From positions 6,483-70,482 of the forward strand of contig JAGADH010000180.1 in assembly GCA_017613715.1 (NCBI GenBank): a stretch of DNA of 64,000 bases, read 5' to 3'. Source of the stretch: Desulfovibrio sp. (GTDB lineage: Bacteria; Desulfobacterota; Desulfovibrionia; Desulfovibrionales; Desulfovibrionaceae). This document shows, in pieces, positions 61,772 to 64,000 of the stretch. The notes beneath the pieces are model-generated. The model worked only from the letters and a program-made list of their open reading frames with translations. It did no database searches and was not told the DNA's origin. Each line of letters opens with the position of its first letter. Position 1 is the stretch's first letter. Both the position numbers and the translations under genes were made by a program.

Positions 61772-63079
61772 ATGCAGTACGAACGTGGAAAAAAACTCAA
61801 AAAAGGTGATCTGGCCGTCGTTGTTGGGGCCGGCAGAAGCGGCAAGGCCGCCTCTGCTCTGCTTCTCCGTCAGGGCGTGCGCGTGCGGCTTCTGGATAAG
61901 AATCCCCAGGCCCTCTCAGAACCCGAAAAAAAGGTCTTTCTGGAGCGCGGCGGTGAATTGCTTCTGGGTGAGCATCACAAGGAGCAGTTCGCTGATGCCA
62001 GAGTCGTTGTGCCCAGTCCCGGGGTCCCCAGGGCAAGTCTTCTGCCGTATCTGGATGAAAAAAAACTGGTCACAGGCGAGCTCGAAATCCTCGCGGAAAT
62101 GGAGCTGGCCTTCCGCTATCTGAATGATGAGCCCATTCTGGCTGTCACCGGTACCAGCGGCAAGACAACCACGGTTTCTGTGGCCGCTGCCATGCTCAAA
62201 GAGCAGGGCCTCTCGGTTTTTCTTGGCGGCAATATCGGCACGCCCCTTTCGGAATACGTTCTTGACTCGCGCCATGCCGATGTCCTGGTGCTTGAAATAT
62301 CGAGCTTCCAGCTGCAATGCTGTCAGACCTTTGCCCCCAGGGTGGCTGTCTTGCTCAATCTTTCACCCAATCATCTGGATTATCATCGCGATATGCAGGA
62401 ATACCGCGACGCCAAGTTCCGCATCTTCCGCTGGCAGGATGAAAACGATCTGGCCATTCTGGGACATGGCCTGGAGGAAGAGGCCAAAGCCTATGGCCTG
62501 CGTGCCCGCAAGATCTTTGTGGAACCCACAGATCGTTTCCCCAAGATGCAGCTTTTGGGCAGCCACAACCGCTTTAACTGCGAAGCGGCTTATCAGGCCT
62601 GCCGTTTCTTCGGTGTTTCTCAGAGCCATGCCGCCCGGGCCGTGGAAGCCTTTACGCCTCTGCCCAACCGCCTTGAGCGCGTGCGTGAGCATCAGGGCGT
62701 GCTCTATGTCAATGATTCCAAGGCAACCACGGTCTCGGCCCTGGAAGTGGCCATCCGAGCCATTGACAGGCCTTTGCGGCTTTTGTGCGGGGGCAAATTC
62801 AAGGGCGGGGATCTGGCGGCCCTCATTCCCCTTCTGCAGGAGAAAGTGCGCGAAGTGGCCCTTTTCGGGGCAGCCAGAGAAGAATTTGAGGCTGCCTGGA
62901 AAGGTTTTGTCCCCATTTCCTGGCATCCGACGCTTGAGCCTGCTGTGCAATGTCTTGCAGAGCATGCCTGTGCCGGTGATGCTGTGCTGCTGGCTCCGGC
63001 CACAGCCAGTTTTGATCTCTACTCAAGTTACGTCGAGCGTGGACGTGACTTCAGAGCCATTGTGGAGCGATTGCCGTGA
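61772..63079 (+). CDS. murD: UDP-MurNAc-L-Ala:D-Glu ligase
   Basis: SPGVP, AVTGTSGKTT, GGNIG.PL, LEISSFQL, LN.SPNHLD.H, VNDSKAT, PATASFD. Confidence 0.97.
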   Translation: MQYERGKKLKKGDLAVVVGAGRSGKAASALLLRQGVRVRLLDKNPQALSEPEKKVFLERGGELLLGEHHKEQFADARVVVPSPGVPRASLLPYLDEKKLVTGELEILAEMELAFRYLNDEPILAVTGTSGKTTTVSVAAAMLKEQGLSVFLGGNIGTPLSEYVLDSRHADVLVLEISSFQLQCCQTFAPRVAVLLNLSPNHLDYHRDMQEYRDAKFRIFRWQDENDLAILGHGLEEEAKAYGLRARKIFVEPTDRFPKMQLLGSHNRFNCEAAYQACRFFGVSQSHAARAVEAFTPLPNRLERVREHQGVLYVNDSKATTVSALEVAIRAIDRPLRLLCGGKFKGGDLAALIPLLQEKVREVALFGAAREEFEAAWKGFVPISWHPTLEPAVQCLAEHACAGDAVLLAPATASFDLYSSYVERGRDFRAIVERLP

Positions 63080-64000
63080 ACAGTGAGGCAAAGAAGGCTG
63101 AAGACAGCGCCTTGTCGCAGCTTGTGGGTGAGCGGGCCGTTACGCCGGCAAAGCCCAAGGAAAACGAGGCGGTTACCGGCAACGGACCATTTGACTGGTG
63201 GCTTTTCACCATCATGATGATCCTTCTGGCCATTGGTCTGGTCATGGTGCTCTCGGCAAGCTCCATTGTTGCCGAGCACACCTTTCATGATAAATACCAT
63301 TACTTCAAGCGCCAGGTCCTCTATGCGCTGATCGGCATTGTCGCTCTCTGGGGGGCAGCGCTGGCGCCGCGTAAACTGATTTATGGCCTGCATTACTGGG
63401 CTCTGCTCGCCACCTTTATTCTTTTGGCCATGACGCTGACGCCGCTGGCGCCGACCATTAACGGGGCACGCCGCTGGATCAGTCTCGGTTTTGCCTCCAT
63501 TCAGCCCATGGAATTTGTCAAGGTGGCGCTTGTGCTCTACCTCGCCTATTTCATGAGCGCCAAGCAGAATACCGTGCGCACCTTCTGGCGCGGGGTCTTT
63601 CCGCCCTGTCTTGTGACAGGGCTCTACTGCGTGATTCTGCTTTCCCAGCCTGATTTCGGCAGCGCCATTGTGCTGGCCGGCATTCTCTTCTTCATGTGTA
63701 TCGCAGGCGGTATCCGCTGGAGCTATATTGCCTGGAGTCTGGTCCTTGGCGTTGCCAGCATGGCCATTCTCGCCATTTCCGCTCCCTACCGCATGGAGCG
63801 GCTCAAAGCCTTTCTTGATCCCTTCAAGGATTCCACAGGCGCAGGCTATCAGCTCATCCAGTCCTTCTATGCCCTGGCCTCGGGCGGTGTCTTCGGGGTC
63901 GGCGTTGGCGCAAGCCAGCAGAAGATGTTTTATCTGCCTGAAGCCCACAATGACTTCATTGTCTCTGTGATTGGCGAGGAAACGGGCTTATGCGGCATTA
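63076..64000 (+). CDS. ftsW: SEDS protein FtsW, truncated by the window end
   Basis: GTG start overlaps the murD stop; manual translation gives GLVMVLSAS, INGARRWI, QP.EFVK, QPDFG, GYQLIQS, YLPEAHNDFI. Confidence 0.95.
   Translation, partial: MNSEAKKAEDSALSQLVGERAVTPAKPKENEAVTGNGPFDWWLFTIMMILLAIGLVMVLSASSIVAEHTFHDKYHYFKRQVLYALIGIVALWGAALAPRKLIYGLHYWALLATFILLAMTLTPLAPTINGARRWISLGFASIQPMEFVKVALVLYLAYFMSAKQNTVRTFWRGVFPPCLVTGLYCVILLSQPDFGSAIVLAGILFFMCIAGGIRWSYIAWSLVLGVASMAILAISAPYRMERLKAFLDPFKDSTGAGYQLIQSFYALASGGVFGVGVGASQQKMFYLPEAHNDFIVSVIGEETGLCGI

Noticed and set aside
62124-63086. 320-aa alternative-frame ORF
   Set aside because: Nested in murD in another frame; Pro/Arg/Ser-rich composition typical of off-frame translation

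Overview
About 64 kb of bacterial chromosome, roughly 55-60% GC by eye. Gene content suggests a Desulfovibrionaceae-like anaerobe (inference: periplasmic Tat-exported HydAB, YeiH-type exporter, deltaproteobacterial-style dcw cluster). The most striking element is a ~15.6 kb, tightly packed minus-strand cluster at 957-16572: hydA-hydB-[terminator]-TM1266-like regulator-hydE-hydF-(nifH-like + two nitrogenase component-1-like genes) x2-hypF-hypC-hypD-hypE. It holds a [FeFe]-hydrogenase with maturases HydE and HydF but no hydG. Instead it carries the Fe(CN)2CO-building half of the [NiFe] maturation machinery (no hypA/hypB, no NiFe subunits) plus two paralogous nitrogenase-like reductase modules. 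This may be an undescribed HydG-independent H-cluster maturation route (hypothesis). The rest is mostly housekeeping: carB-carA, transporters, thpR, pgl, pyk, c-di-GMP enzymes and the start of the dcw cluster (mraZ to partial ftsW). Smaller oddities are an mtaB with an in-frame TAA, a stand-alone NrdD glycyl-radical peptide, an unannotated 58-aa acidic ORF, a degenerate OTCase-like protein, an AT-rich GGDEF gene and a candidate structured sRNA. I saw no tRNA, rRNA, CRISPR array or transposase.
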